A DNA stretch of 64,000 bases. Origin: Parasitella parasitica NRRL 2501. Lineage: Eukaryota > Fungi > Mucoromycota. Location: positions 261,083 to 325,082 of the forward strand of contig MU619257.1 in the NCBI GenBank assembly GCA_025201805.1, written 5' to 3'. Made by a program: the position numbers and the translations under genes. The notes beneath the pieces are model-generated. The model was not told the origin of the DNA. It did no database searches and saw nothing but the letters and a program-made list of their open reading frames with translations. Of the stretch, positions 27,345 through 38,162 are shown piece by piece. Position 1 is the stretch's first letter; every line of letters starts with the position of its first letter.

Positions 27345-28743
27345 ATGGTTCAATGTCAAACCGAACGGGTTCTGGGTTGTGTAAATGAAGCACCTATGCT
27401 GTATATTTATATTGTGAATATAGCTTGGTCATTTGCAATAGGAGTAATAGGTTTGATCATTTGAAGGCGATGCAGGTAGCACTAAAGATTGACTCTGATC
27501 ACAGGTTTTGGATTGCTATGGCATCGAGTTGTGAACAAGAAAATGCCAATTTTTCAACGTGGATCAGGGTATTTCATCAGACCAAAGCCGATTGAATCCA
27601 TGTTGCTATTTCTCTCTCTCTCCAATATAGGTAAAGTACATTATATGGTAAATGGACAATATTTTTTAACAACGGTTTGCTGCGTGTTATAGTCGAAGCT
27701 GTTAGTGATATATTGACTCTAATTGACAATTGGTCCAGCATGTTCGCTGCGACGTGCAAGTATACACACCAAGCATACAAATTTCAAATCTAATCACAAT
27801 GTACAGTTTTGGTTAGTTTACCGCGAGAATTTGATACCTGTGCATATTCATGTTATCTATTTGGCATTGCACATACAGTTTGTAGCGTATGTTTGGCATC
27901 ATTCAACATATAAATGTAGATAAACTGACAGAAAACAAAACAGAGCCAAAGATTCGGAGAGAGACGCTACAAAATGTCAAGGAGAATCGACATTGTTTGC
28001 ACCATTTTGATTATACTACCATTTGTTACCAGCAATATCTGTGTTGGTGGGATTTCTTATTATAACGAGCAAGATAACATTGAAAAACTTAATATATATA
28101 TGCAAATACATTATTATCAATGGCTGGTATATTGGCTTATATTGATTGTCTGGATTTTGCTTGCTGGAATTCAGTTGGTCAAGATTTTGAGAAATCATCT
28201 CTATAACCAAAGGAAAGAGGGCAGTGATAATGTCATATCTATTCAGAAGGCCCAAAATGGTCTATTCAAAGTATGTAGCAGCGACACACATACTCTTGTT
28301 TTGAAATAATATAAAATACTCACTATACATTGCATAGGTTCGCATGACTATGGCAATTGGCGTTTGTTCAATGCTTGTGTTCATGTTTAGTCGATATTTT
28401 TACACACTTATGGGAGATCGTTTCTTGGAAAACTACAATGTAACATTGGCATTTTCCATTATTATAGTGTTTCACTGTACACTGGCTTCTACGCTGATTA
28501 TCTTGACCATATTACTCAAGTATGTTTTATTCATTGCTTTGAATCATAGCTTTGTACTGACTCCTTGAGTGTAGCCCCAGAGCATTAAACCCGATTAGTT
28601 CATCTTCTCCAAATCAAGACAAATTAGCTGATTTCCAGGATAATGATAATATCACCAGATCTAGTTTTGCTGACCACATAGGCGAATCCACTCTCGTTTT
28701 GAGCAACACTGAAGCCCAAACAGAGACTGCAATCAAACATTGA
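27345..28743 (+). CDS. Multi-pass (about 7 TM) membrane protein of unknown function, multi-exon
   Basis: Exons splice into MVQCQTERVLGC..IYIVNIAWSFAIGVIGFGLLWHRV..RPKPIESMLLF..CYLFGIAHT..IDIVCTILIILPFVTSNIC..HYYQWLVYWLILIVWILLAGIQLVKIL..; stop at 28741-28743. Confidence 0.75.
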
Positions 28744-29299
28744 ATGTTCCATGTCAATGTCAAGGTCAAAAACATTCTGTATCTCGAATAGTATGCCAAC
28801 TAGGCGAACTTGGCCACCATCTCTTTCAATTATTACACAAATTATTCAGAGGTCTAATAATACATCACACATAATACCTCTCCTCTCTGTTTAATTTTTA
28901 TTATTAAATATAATATTTTACCACAAAGCTTCAAAAGTTAGACACATACATACATCTTCTTAAGACAAAAGAAGGGCGCTTAAACGCATATATCGTGTTG
29001 ATATCTTGTTGGGTTGGCGTGTTCATCTCAATTCTTGACCAGGCAATGTAAATACCGGTAATGTAAATGTCATGAATTTGCGAGATAAGTTCACAGTGGC
29101 AGATCTATTCTGGAGCACTGCGACGAACGCCTTTTGACTCATAGATTTTATGTTATACATTGGCAATGTTGAACCTAAACTATGTCTCCCGTCCTTTGTT
29201 GGCTTGATGCAATGTCAATTATTGAATCACTGTAACCACAAAGATGACGAGTAGAAAGACCACCGCACTTGTATACATAGAACAACACAACAACATATT

Positions 29300-30005
29300 C
29301 ATTTAAAAGGTTTATTTCCAACACACCCAAAGCAGATAAAGCCAAAATCTTGGTTCACCATTTCATATAGAAAATGGATCCATCTCTCACAGGACGTAGA
29401 CCTGTTTTGGCATCGTGAGAGTCCACTGTTCCTTCAACGTCTAAAGTGTTCCATCCGATAAAGCCAGACTTGCATCCTTTCTTTACGGGTGAAAAAAAGA
29501 AAAAACAAGTTACTTCCCCGCGTAAACACACGCCAATTCAGGTACGTGCCAAAGCACTATAGTATAGTTAAATACTAGACCCAAGCTAAAGCGGCCGCTA
29601 GAGAAATAAACCGGCATTTACGAGACTTACTCACTGACCAGAAAAGAGGAGAGATTCAACAACTTGATGCTGACGGGGTGATTTCACATTCCACCAGGCT
29701 GCAGAGCTACTCATCCAAAGCAGCAAAGACGTTATTTTTATTTGTTTTGAGCAAAAAAACAAAAAAAAACACCTTTTGAAAAGAAAAAAAAGTAGTTCCT
29801 CGACGATAACAGTAGCCAACTGATCAAGCAGCTGAATTGTCCTCTGATAAGATTCTTATTTCAAAAGCTTTGGATCAAGTTTTAGTTATTGTCAAGGCCG
29901 GATCTCCCTTTGCAAGCAAAGAGAAACGCCAGGATGGAAGGGTTAGGGTTGGGAGTTTTGTCAGACTTTGGCTCTACACCGCAAGCAAAGAAGTGAATCT
30001 AAAGG
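29300..30005 (-). ncRNA. Large structured non-coding RNA; candidate telomerase RNA
   Basis: No credible ORF. Multiple 8-13 bp helices that need G-U pairs on the minus strand; 5'/3' closing helix 29963-29975 with 29338-29350; AACCCUAACCC (29940-29950) unpaired next to it; crossing helices; long arm 29475-29650 with GUGC-UUUG-GCAC hairpin; upstream TATA-like and pyrimidine tract; downstream AATAAA. Ends approximate. Confidence 0.55.
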
Positions 30006-30198
30006 AGAGAGAGAGAGAAAGGACGCGCCTGGGTGAACAGAGATATAGAAGGGCTCCGGTGTGAGACGTCACTTGAAGACTCTGCCTCCACATACGCAAT
30101 TCGATTACGCGGAATTGTTGCGTATTTACACTCGCTGTACAACAGAGACTCTGATTCACTTTTTTTTTTCTACATTAAACACATATAAAACGACAAAC
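30005..30198. promoter_or_regulatory. Probable compact bidirectional promoter between the ncRNA candidate (-) and PRE1 (+)
   Basis: Minus-strand CTATATCT (30041-30048) followed by a (CT)n tract; CRE-like GACGTC palindrome at ~30065; GC-richer than flanks. Confidence 0.4.
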
Positions 30199-30836
30199 AT
30201 GGAGTGTCTTTTTGGAATCACAGGAAACGGATTTACTTTACTTGCTGCCGATACTATTAGTGCTCGCAGTATTGTCGTAATGAAAGGCACTGAAGACAAG
30301 TCTCGTGAGTTAAACGCGCACACTGTTATGCTTTATACGGGCGAGCCAGGCGATACCGTTAACTTTGCTGAATACATTCAACGCAACATCAAGCTCTATG
30401 GCATCCGAAACGGCATCGAACTTAACCCCAAAGCAACCGCTACCTTTACTCGTCGTCAACTCGCTGATTCTCTCAGAAGCAGAGTAAGTCCTCCTATTCT
30501 CTTGATCATTTATAGCGCTAACATGTGTACAACCAGCACCCTTATTCAGTTAATCTGATCATCGGTGGCTACGATGCAAAGAAACAACGACCTGAACTCT
30601 ATTGGATCGACTACCTTGGAGCCATGGCATCATTACCATTCTGCGCACAAGGTTACGGCGCCTATTTCTGTACATCGCTTATGGATAGATACTACAAAGA
30701 AAATATGGATGTAGAAGACGCAAAGAAACTGATGGGTATGTGCATACAGGAACTCAAGACTCGGTTCATTGTCAATATGCCACACTTCAAGGTTCAATTG
30801 ATCGATAAAGATGGTGTACATCATGTTGAATTGTAA
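30199..30836 (+). CDS. PRE1: 20S proteasome subunit beta-4 (PSMB2), intron 30484-30536
   Basis: MECLFGITG..TLLAAD..RSIVVMK..EDK..GEPGDTVNFAEYIQRNIKLY..LRSR/HPYSVNLIIGGYD..PELYWIDYLG..QGYGAYFCTSLMDRYY. Confidence 0.95.
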
Positions 30837-31120
30837 CCTAGTTTTTGACGAATAAAAAAAAAGAGAGAGAGAAAAATCCATTATGGTTTGCGTTGATTCA
30901 CTTAAAAGTTGCTTCCCGTTGATCTTGTTGGAGGAAATCAGAACAGAGGAAAATGGCTGGCGTGGAGGTATGACCTGGCAATGTCTATAGACTGGCAGCA
31001 GTTGCCGTCATATGCTTTGTACTTTTACCAAACTAAATCGAAGCTATAAATGCGCTTGAAATCAGAATCAGTACAAGAGCCATAAGGGCTGTGTTCACAT
31101 AGAAACAGGCAATAGTAATT

Positions 31121-31969
31121 TTATTCAACATTATCAGGAATTATCTTTTCGAGAAATTGCTTAATGTCGTTAATTTCTTTTTCATTTGCAGAATGAGCGA
31201 GTCCAGGATAAGTCTTCTTAGTAACGTCATAGCCCAACGATTCTAATTTCTCGGCTGATTCACGGCCATATTCAGGCTTGACAACATTATCCGCGTCGCC
31301 ATGACACATTAAAATGGGCGTCTTTTTATTAGCATCGCTAGCAATGCTTGGGAATTTAGCTGATAGACCTAGCCATCCACTGCACCCAATAACACCAGCA
31401 AATTTGTACTCTGATGTCAATCCAGTTAATAATGCAAGAACGCAGCCTTGAGAGAACCCACTGACAACGATGCGATTAGCAGGGATACCATTATCGACCT
31501 CATTACGAATGATTTTGTTTACTTTTGACGCAAAAATTGAGAATACGAAATACAAGTATTCAAGACAACTTCATACCTGATGTTACTGATGCAAGCATGC
31601 CCTTTTCATCTTCATCTTTTAAGCTGAATTTATCCAGACCAGACAGATCAAACCATGCTATACAGTTTGTGTAAATAGGATAGTTACGGTAGATGACAAA
31701 CTTTAGACAATATACCATTCATTCTATAGCCACCGTTCAAACTAACTGGCTGGACGGGTCTACAAGTGCGATGTACGTTAATAAACAGCCTAAATCCTGA
31801 TTACATGATCTTACGCGTTAGGTAAAATCCACTTGACATGCGGAAATAGAGGTGAAAGCATCTCGGCCAAGAAAAGCCAGCCAGATCCACTGTCACCAAG
31901 ACCATGAAGCCATAAGACAGTGGCTGTCTGCTTGGTCTTTGCAGCAACCACAACAGAAGTTAGAGACAT
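31121..31969 (-). CDS. Acyl-protein thioesterase 1 / lysophospholipase (alpha/beta hydrolase), multi-exon
   Basis: TATVLWLHGLGDSGSGW, PHVKWILPNAP, GFSQG nucleophile elbow, ILMCHGDADNVV, YPGLAHS. Confidence 0.92.
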
Positions 31970-32356
31970 TTTGAGTAATTGATAGGGGGCATTGTTAGAT
32001 GGAAACTTGAAACTGTCAACAATTGTTGCTGTGACATGGAATGCCTGTCCAATGATACCACGCTAAAAAAAAAAAAAGGAGTAAATACCATCTTGAATCG
32101 AGATACATTCATTCAATGTATAATAAACGCACCATTGGAAAAAAAAAAAAAAAAAAAAAAAAGTCGAGATACCTTTCTTATCAGAGACATGTACATTTTT
32201 TGCAGAATGCAATAGCTTAGTCTGCTGGTGAGCAGCTGGAAAATCCTTTAAAGACTGATGGGTATATATTATCAATGCTTTCAAATCCCGTTGTTGTTAA
32301 GGCAATACCAGTACCTCCTTAAAATAAACAGAATCGCTTTTTTCTTTATTATTATC

Positions 32357-34316
32357 ATGGTGCTCGAAGGTTACCAAGAATTAGACAAGAAAAGCAGCGC
32401 CTGTATGCAAAGCTTTCTGAGTCAGGTAGAGGCAAATCCTACATGTAAGTAATGCCGTGCAAAATACCAACACATTGAAGCTTATACAGAATGCTATAGT
32501 TTCTTCTACAAACGAGAAAAGCTCATTTTTAGAGCTACTTTTGAAAGATTTGCTAAACAACAAGGAGGAATGGGGCGAAGAGCGTAAGCTTCATGCGTAA
32601 AAATAAGCTGCATAGCAACAGCTCACCTTCTAGCTTAGTGAAAACGAAGGCTCTATCTGTTGTTAGGGTTTTAGGCCGAGATCAAGCTGGATCTGATCCA
32701 CTTTTTACTAAACAGGCAAGCATGAATATTTATGCATAAATAGAGTACATTCGAGTAACTGGAGAAAGTATAGGGAATAGTAGCGCTCATTCAGCTTGCT
32801 GGTTTGTATGAAACTTCCAAAATAGTAGACACGCCATCTTCTCAGGAAGCGCTAAAATGCATTTGCAACTGCATCTTCTTGAAAGATTCAGTCAAGCCAT
32901 ATTTGGAAGAGGAGCATGTAGTGGACTCATGCTTACATGTGCTGCAGTCTGAAGATCATCAGCTTGGCTTGGAAATCCAATTTCTGACATGTCGTGTGCT
33001 CTTCTTCTTGACTGTAGGTCGATCGGATCTGGTCGACTCTTTAATTAAATCGAATGTGTCTGGCGCAATTGCCAGGGTAAGGCACGTCTCTTCTTATGCG
33101 CCTTGGCCGCTCACGCATAAAATTTTAGGTATTATCGGACAACATTGCCCAGCTGGAGGATCCAGCTTTGAGCCTCACGATCGACCGAAATGCAGCCATC
33201 AACCCCTTGACGGTAACTAGCGAAGCACTTAAACTCCTTTTCAATCTACTGCTTGTTGGAGCACGTAGCCGAGACGGCGCAAATACAAACTATGCCTTTG
33301 TAGAGTGTCTTGCACCCATCCTCCGTTTACTATTCATTGTCCCGTATCCAGAGCCGCAGCCCTTGATAGCGCCGTATTCGCAGGCAATCCATGCCTTGAT
33401 GCAATTTTCATTCACGACGATCGCACAAGTGTGGTCCGAACAGTCGAGCTGGACAAATACATTACTCGATAAGGACGATGAACATGGATACCAGTATATG
33501 GCGTCTACATTGGTGGATGTATTAGACAAGAGCATCCACGCCTTGCTTCCTAGCGGCGATCCAGATCAAGATGGAAGCGAATCCGTAGACACTGCCATTG
33601 CACCCCTTTTATTGGTGCTGTCATTGTTGGCAGAAGGTGATCAAGTATTCAAACGTGTCATGGCCAGGTCCATGCTGCCCAATGAAAAGTAAGTAGTGGC
33701 CAAGTAAACAAGTTGCAAGCATGGCGTATATTAAAAAGGCTCTTAGAGATCGATTAAAGCCTGTACATGAAGGATTTGGGCTGTCTGCATATCTGATTAG
33801 GCTAATGACAAGCACGATGATGCCTCAAACTCGAGATGCAGTGTGTGAGGCTTTGTTTGTGTTGTGTGATAAAGATGGTAAATGCGTCAATAGAAAGAGA
33901 GAGAGATAATGAAAAAGAGGGAGGGGAAAAAGGGTGATTTTTACAAGGGGATGGATTGATAGAGTTTCCGATGGACATTAACGCAATTAATATTAGCAAA
34001 CAAGTTCACGCAACAGCTCGGGTATGGCAATGCAATTGGATTCCTGGTCAACAAAGGCATTGCTATGGATGCACTCCCGGACAATCAAGACGATGCAGAG
34101 CAGATCAACCCTATTACTGGGCAATACACCGCGCAAGAGGCAATGCCAAATCTGAAGGATATGACAGACGAAGAGAAAGAAAGAGAGGCTGAAAAACTCT
34201 TTGTGTTATTCGAACGACTAAAGAAGAATGGGATTATTCAGGTTGAAAACCCCATAGCAAAGGCCATGCAGGAAGGAAGATTTGAAGAGATTGAAAGCAG
34301 TTCAGACAGTGAATAA
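32357..34316 (+). CDS. RIC8: Ric8/synembryn G-alpha chaperone/GEF, multi-exon
   Basis: VRVLGRD..DPLFTKQGI, EALKCICNCIFL, SEALKLLFNL, QLGYGNAIGFL, INPITGQ, MTDEEKEREAEKLFVLFERLKKNGIIQVENP. Confidence 0.9.
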
Positions 34317-34732
34317 AAATAAATAAAAAATAAAAAAAAAAAAACTTGTTATTTGTATGCTGTGTATCGGTGGTGGACGGATGATCATAATTGCACGCAT
34401 TCATGTCGCAGTTGCTGCTGCTGCTGCTGCTGCTGTTGTTGTTGTTGTTGTTGCTTCATATCCAAAATCCCCCCTTTTCTCCTCCCTGTTTTTTTCTCGC
34501 TTTTTCTTCTTTTTTTTTTTTTTTAATACTAATGCGTGTATTGGCCTCTTTCTCTTTTTCTTTCTCATCTTTTATATATATAATTACATTGCAATCAAGC
34601 TAAAATAGATACTCCTTAATAATTGTCTTTGCAAGCCCACCCAAGATAGACCACGGACATTCTTCTACTTATAGATTTCTTTTTTCTTTCCTCGCATTTA
34701 TTTTACATTTTGTTTATATTTACATACATATC

Positions 34733-36887
34733 ATGTCTGCTGCTGTCTCTGCAAAGCCAATCAAAGATCGACCATCCTCTACCAGCCAAAAGTTCTGGCC
34801 ATTGAAAAAGTTCAACCTTAGCCATCATGGAAAGACCGTAGCAGATCAGCCAAAGAAATCCCCCACAATACCAGCTACAAAAACCACGAAAACAAACATA
34901 CAACACAGTGTGGACAAAAATGGTAAGGATAGCTTAATGCCTTTTTTTTTTTTTTTTTTTTTTNNNNNNNNNNTGTCTCTCTCTCGTTTTTCTTATTGAC
35001 AGCGCCTTATAGCAGCAGCACAAACAGCTACGACAGCAACATCCACAGCGCCAACAGCTACAGATCTAGATGCACAGCAACAAAAAAAGTCAAAAAATAA
35101 ACGACTCAGGTGAATACTCCTAGCTTTTTCCTCTCCTATGATCAATTTCTTAACCCATCTGCATGATAATTTTTTTTATGCTAGCTCATTACTTTCGTCA
35201 AGCCGCCGTCAAGAAGGTAATTTTCTACCCCATTTGGCTATGTTTAGAAACAATTATTAATGCAAAACGAACAGATGAATCGGCTAGCAAAAATACGTCC
35301 AATACGTCCAATACGCCCACAATTACAAGAAAAGCTGGCAGAGAGATCAAGGCAAAAAGCATGAGCAAAAACAGCAACTACATGACTGCAAAGACTGCCG
35401 GTTCAGGCACACTTACAAAAACCAATTCACCTCCCTCGCCTACTCCATCGCCTCCTACTGCCACTGCTGTCTTGAGTAGAGGAGCCCAGCCTACCACAAT
35501 CAAGACGGCTGCTAAAAAACCATCCAAACATAACAGGCCTCAATCACCGCCTACAAAACAGCAGCCCGCTGCAAATGACCAGCCAAAAATCATGCTGGAC
35601 AGTGTGCAGCAGCAAATCCTGCAGGAAGAAAAAGAAAAGATAAAGAAGCAAAAGAAAACACTCAATAACGTAAACAAAAGCAACGATGTGGATTATGATT
35701 CGGCCATTGAAGATGAACAAGACGACGACAACGACAACCAGAAACCCATCTATGTTGCCAATACTACCACTGATGAAAATAGCAGTAATAATATAAAAGA
35801 TAATAAAGGAGATGACATTACTGCATGTATTCAGCTTGAAAGTCATAGCACCAGTACTAGCCATAGCATAAAGAGTTGCATCAGCAGCAGCAGTAGCAGT
35901 AGCACCAGCAGCAGCATCAGCATCAGCAGTAGAGGTAGCAGTACTAGCAGCAGTGTCAGCAGCAGTAGCAGTAGCAAAGAACATCCATCTCCGTTGCCAT
36001 CACCGCCTGTTACCCCAGCAGCTACCTCTCTGCCTGCTGATTTCGCTATCAAGGAGGCTGCATCAACTGGCATCATGAATATTATTCACAGCGAGCCTGT
36101 AAGCCCTACCATGTGCACATTTGATGTACAGTCTGTGCAGCAGCAGCAACAGAATCACAACGGCCAGATTGACAAGCCTAGTAACAACAACATTTACATG
36201 CAGCAGCAGCCTATCCAGCGCATCCATCGACTACGGCCTGCTGCATCATTTGCTACATTGCGTCAATTGGCTAGTACAAATAGCAACTACCAGCATCAGC
36301 AGCAACAGCAACAGCTAAATTACCACCATCAGCACATGCAACATCTTGCAGTAACAGCAGCAGCAGCAAAAACTAAAAGAAGGCCTGTATCATACATTGA
36401 GCCATCCTGTTACATGAATTACAATTACGCTGCCCCTGCCACAGCAAACAATGATTATTTACCTGTACATTCGTCAGCAGCAGCAGCAGCAGCAGCAGCA
36501 GCAATACCAGTTTTTTACAGACGAGCAAGCTCCGAAGAAAGTCATCAACACTACCACACTCGCCAAATATCAGATAATGGCTCGTCACCCCCTGCAAGCA
36601 TTGTCAATGGCGCAACTGCTGCCGCGAATGCAAAACGTCTCGTACGCTCAAATACTGTACATAATTTGATTATAAAAGATGGTCAAGGCCACCGCATTGT
36701 TCAATGTGTCGGCCTAGATGACTCGCCTCCGCTCCAGCCATTACGCAAAAACACATCTAGCTTTGAGAGCACAGGTGAATATCAAGATTGGTCGACTGGC
36801 TCTACAGCAACAGCAGCGGAAATACTGGATGATAACACTGCTATTGTATTGACTCGACAGCAACTAGAAGATTTGCAGTTTCAGGCT

Positions 36888-36950
<63 letters not shown>

Positions 36951-38162
36951 TCACAAGTAGAAAATGAGGTCTCCTGCGAACAGCACACACAACAACCTCG
37001 CTCTCGGAAAATGAAGCGCAAAGATAGCGCAAGATCACTAAACAGCTTATGCAGTGCTGGTCCACCAATCAATCTAGACGCTCGATGCGAGCAATTGAAA
37101 AGTAAACTGGAAAAAGAGCGGGCTACAGTAAAAGCACTACAGAAGCAGAAAGAAGGTTTGATGCGAGTGTTTGTCTTTTTGTTTATATGGCACTTACATA
37201 TTTTACTGCAGCTTACAACAAAGACGTTCTGTTCCTGAGCAAAAACGTTGATGAATTAGCTGCCGAAAATGCGGAATGGAAGAAAAAACTTGACGCTGAG
37301 AGAACCTCAAAAGAAAGATTCCAGGACGACTTATCCTCTACCATGGATACATTAAATGAGGCAACTGAGCAGATCAGACAATTGGAATCGCAGAACCGTC
37401 TATTAAAACAGCAGCTCGACGATAAAAATAAGGAAATTCGAGAACTGGAGAAAAAGAACAAATCCCCTGTTGCGCGAGGAAAATCCTCTGCCGCCTCACC
37501 AACTGAAAAGTCAAGTGATAGAATGCTTGCAGCTCAACTTCAACATGCTCAAAATCAGGTAAGATTGCTCAAATCTACCATGGAGCAGTTTCTTAGGATG
37601 GGTGTCTTCAATGATGACCTTTCCAATTCGACATCACCTACAACGTAAGCTGGTATTGCTGTGTACACATAAAGTACGTTTCTAATGATTTAATAGATCC
37701 ATTGATGCTGTAGTGTCTGAGCTTCGATGCGGAAGATCCAGACAGCGCCGACATCCTGCATCTACTACAATCACAAACGATCCAGAAACCGATAATCCAT
37801 GCGCTACCATTACCGATACAACGTCCCCAAACACAAATCCAAGAAAATCTCTGGTCCCAGTAGACACCAAAGCAAAAGAACCTGCTAAACCCAACAAGAG
37901 TACACCTACAGCTGAGTTGGATAACCAACTGTTAGAGTTATCAAGAGAAAAAGAAATCGTAAGTTGTTTTGTCAATTGCTGTCTAGTTTGAATGGGGGTA
38001 TTGATGCTTCGTTAGCTCCAAGCAGAATATAGCAAAGCACCTTCCAGTGGTGGTAACGCTCTCGTCCGTAGACGCAGAGAGGAATTGGAATCCCGATTAG
38101 ACACTATAGATTCTCAAATGTGTCGCATCAAATTAAAAATGCGTAATCGCAACATACTCTAG
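34733..38162 (+). CDS. Large low-complexity (Ser/Gln/Ala tracts) protein with C-terminal coiled coils, multi-exon
   Basis: ORFs 34733, 35163 and 37187 plus terminal exons joined by GT-AG introns, ending LQAEYSKAPSSGGNALVRRRREELESRLDTIDSQMCRIKLKMRNRNIL. An N gap lies in intron 1. Confidence 0.7.
36888..36950 (+). repeat. (CAG/CAA)n microsatellite encoding poly-Gln
   Basis: CAGCAA hexamer array, directly visible. Confidence 0.9.

Noticed and set aside
29300-30005. RNase P, RNase MRP, U3 or SRP identity for the structured RNA
   Set aside because: I could not find paired CR-I/CR-V (P4) motifs, U3 boxes or SRP Alu/helix-8 motifs. Not excluded without an Rfam search.
29631-30064. Short ORFs 29631-29819 (-) and 29837-30064 (+), and a GTGAGT/GTAAGT donor-like site near 29630
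   Set aside because: No protein-like features or consistent exon chain; the donor-like site lies inside a predicted helix. Region better explained as structured RNA.
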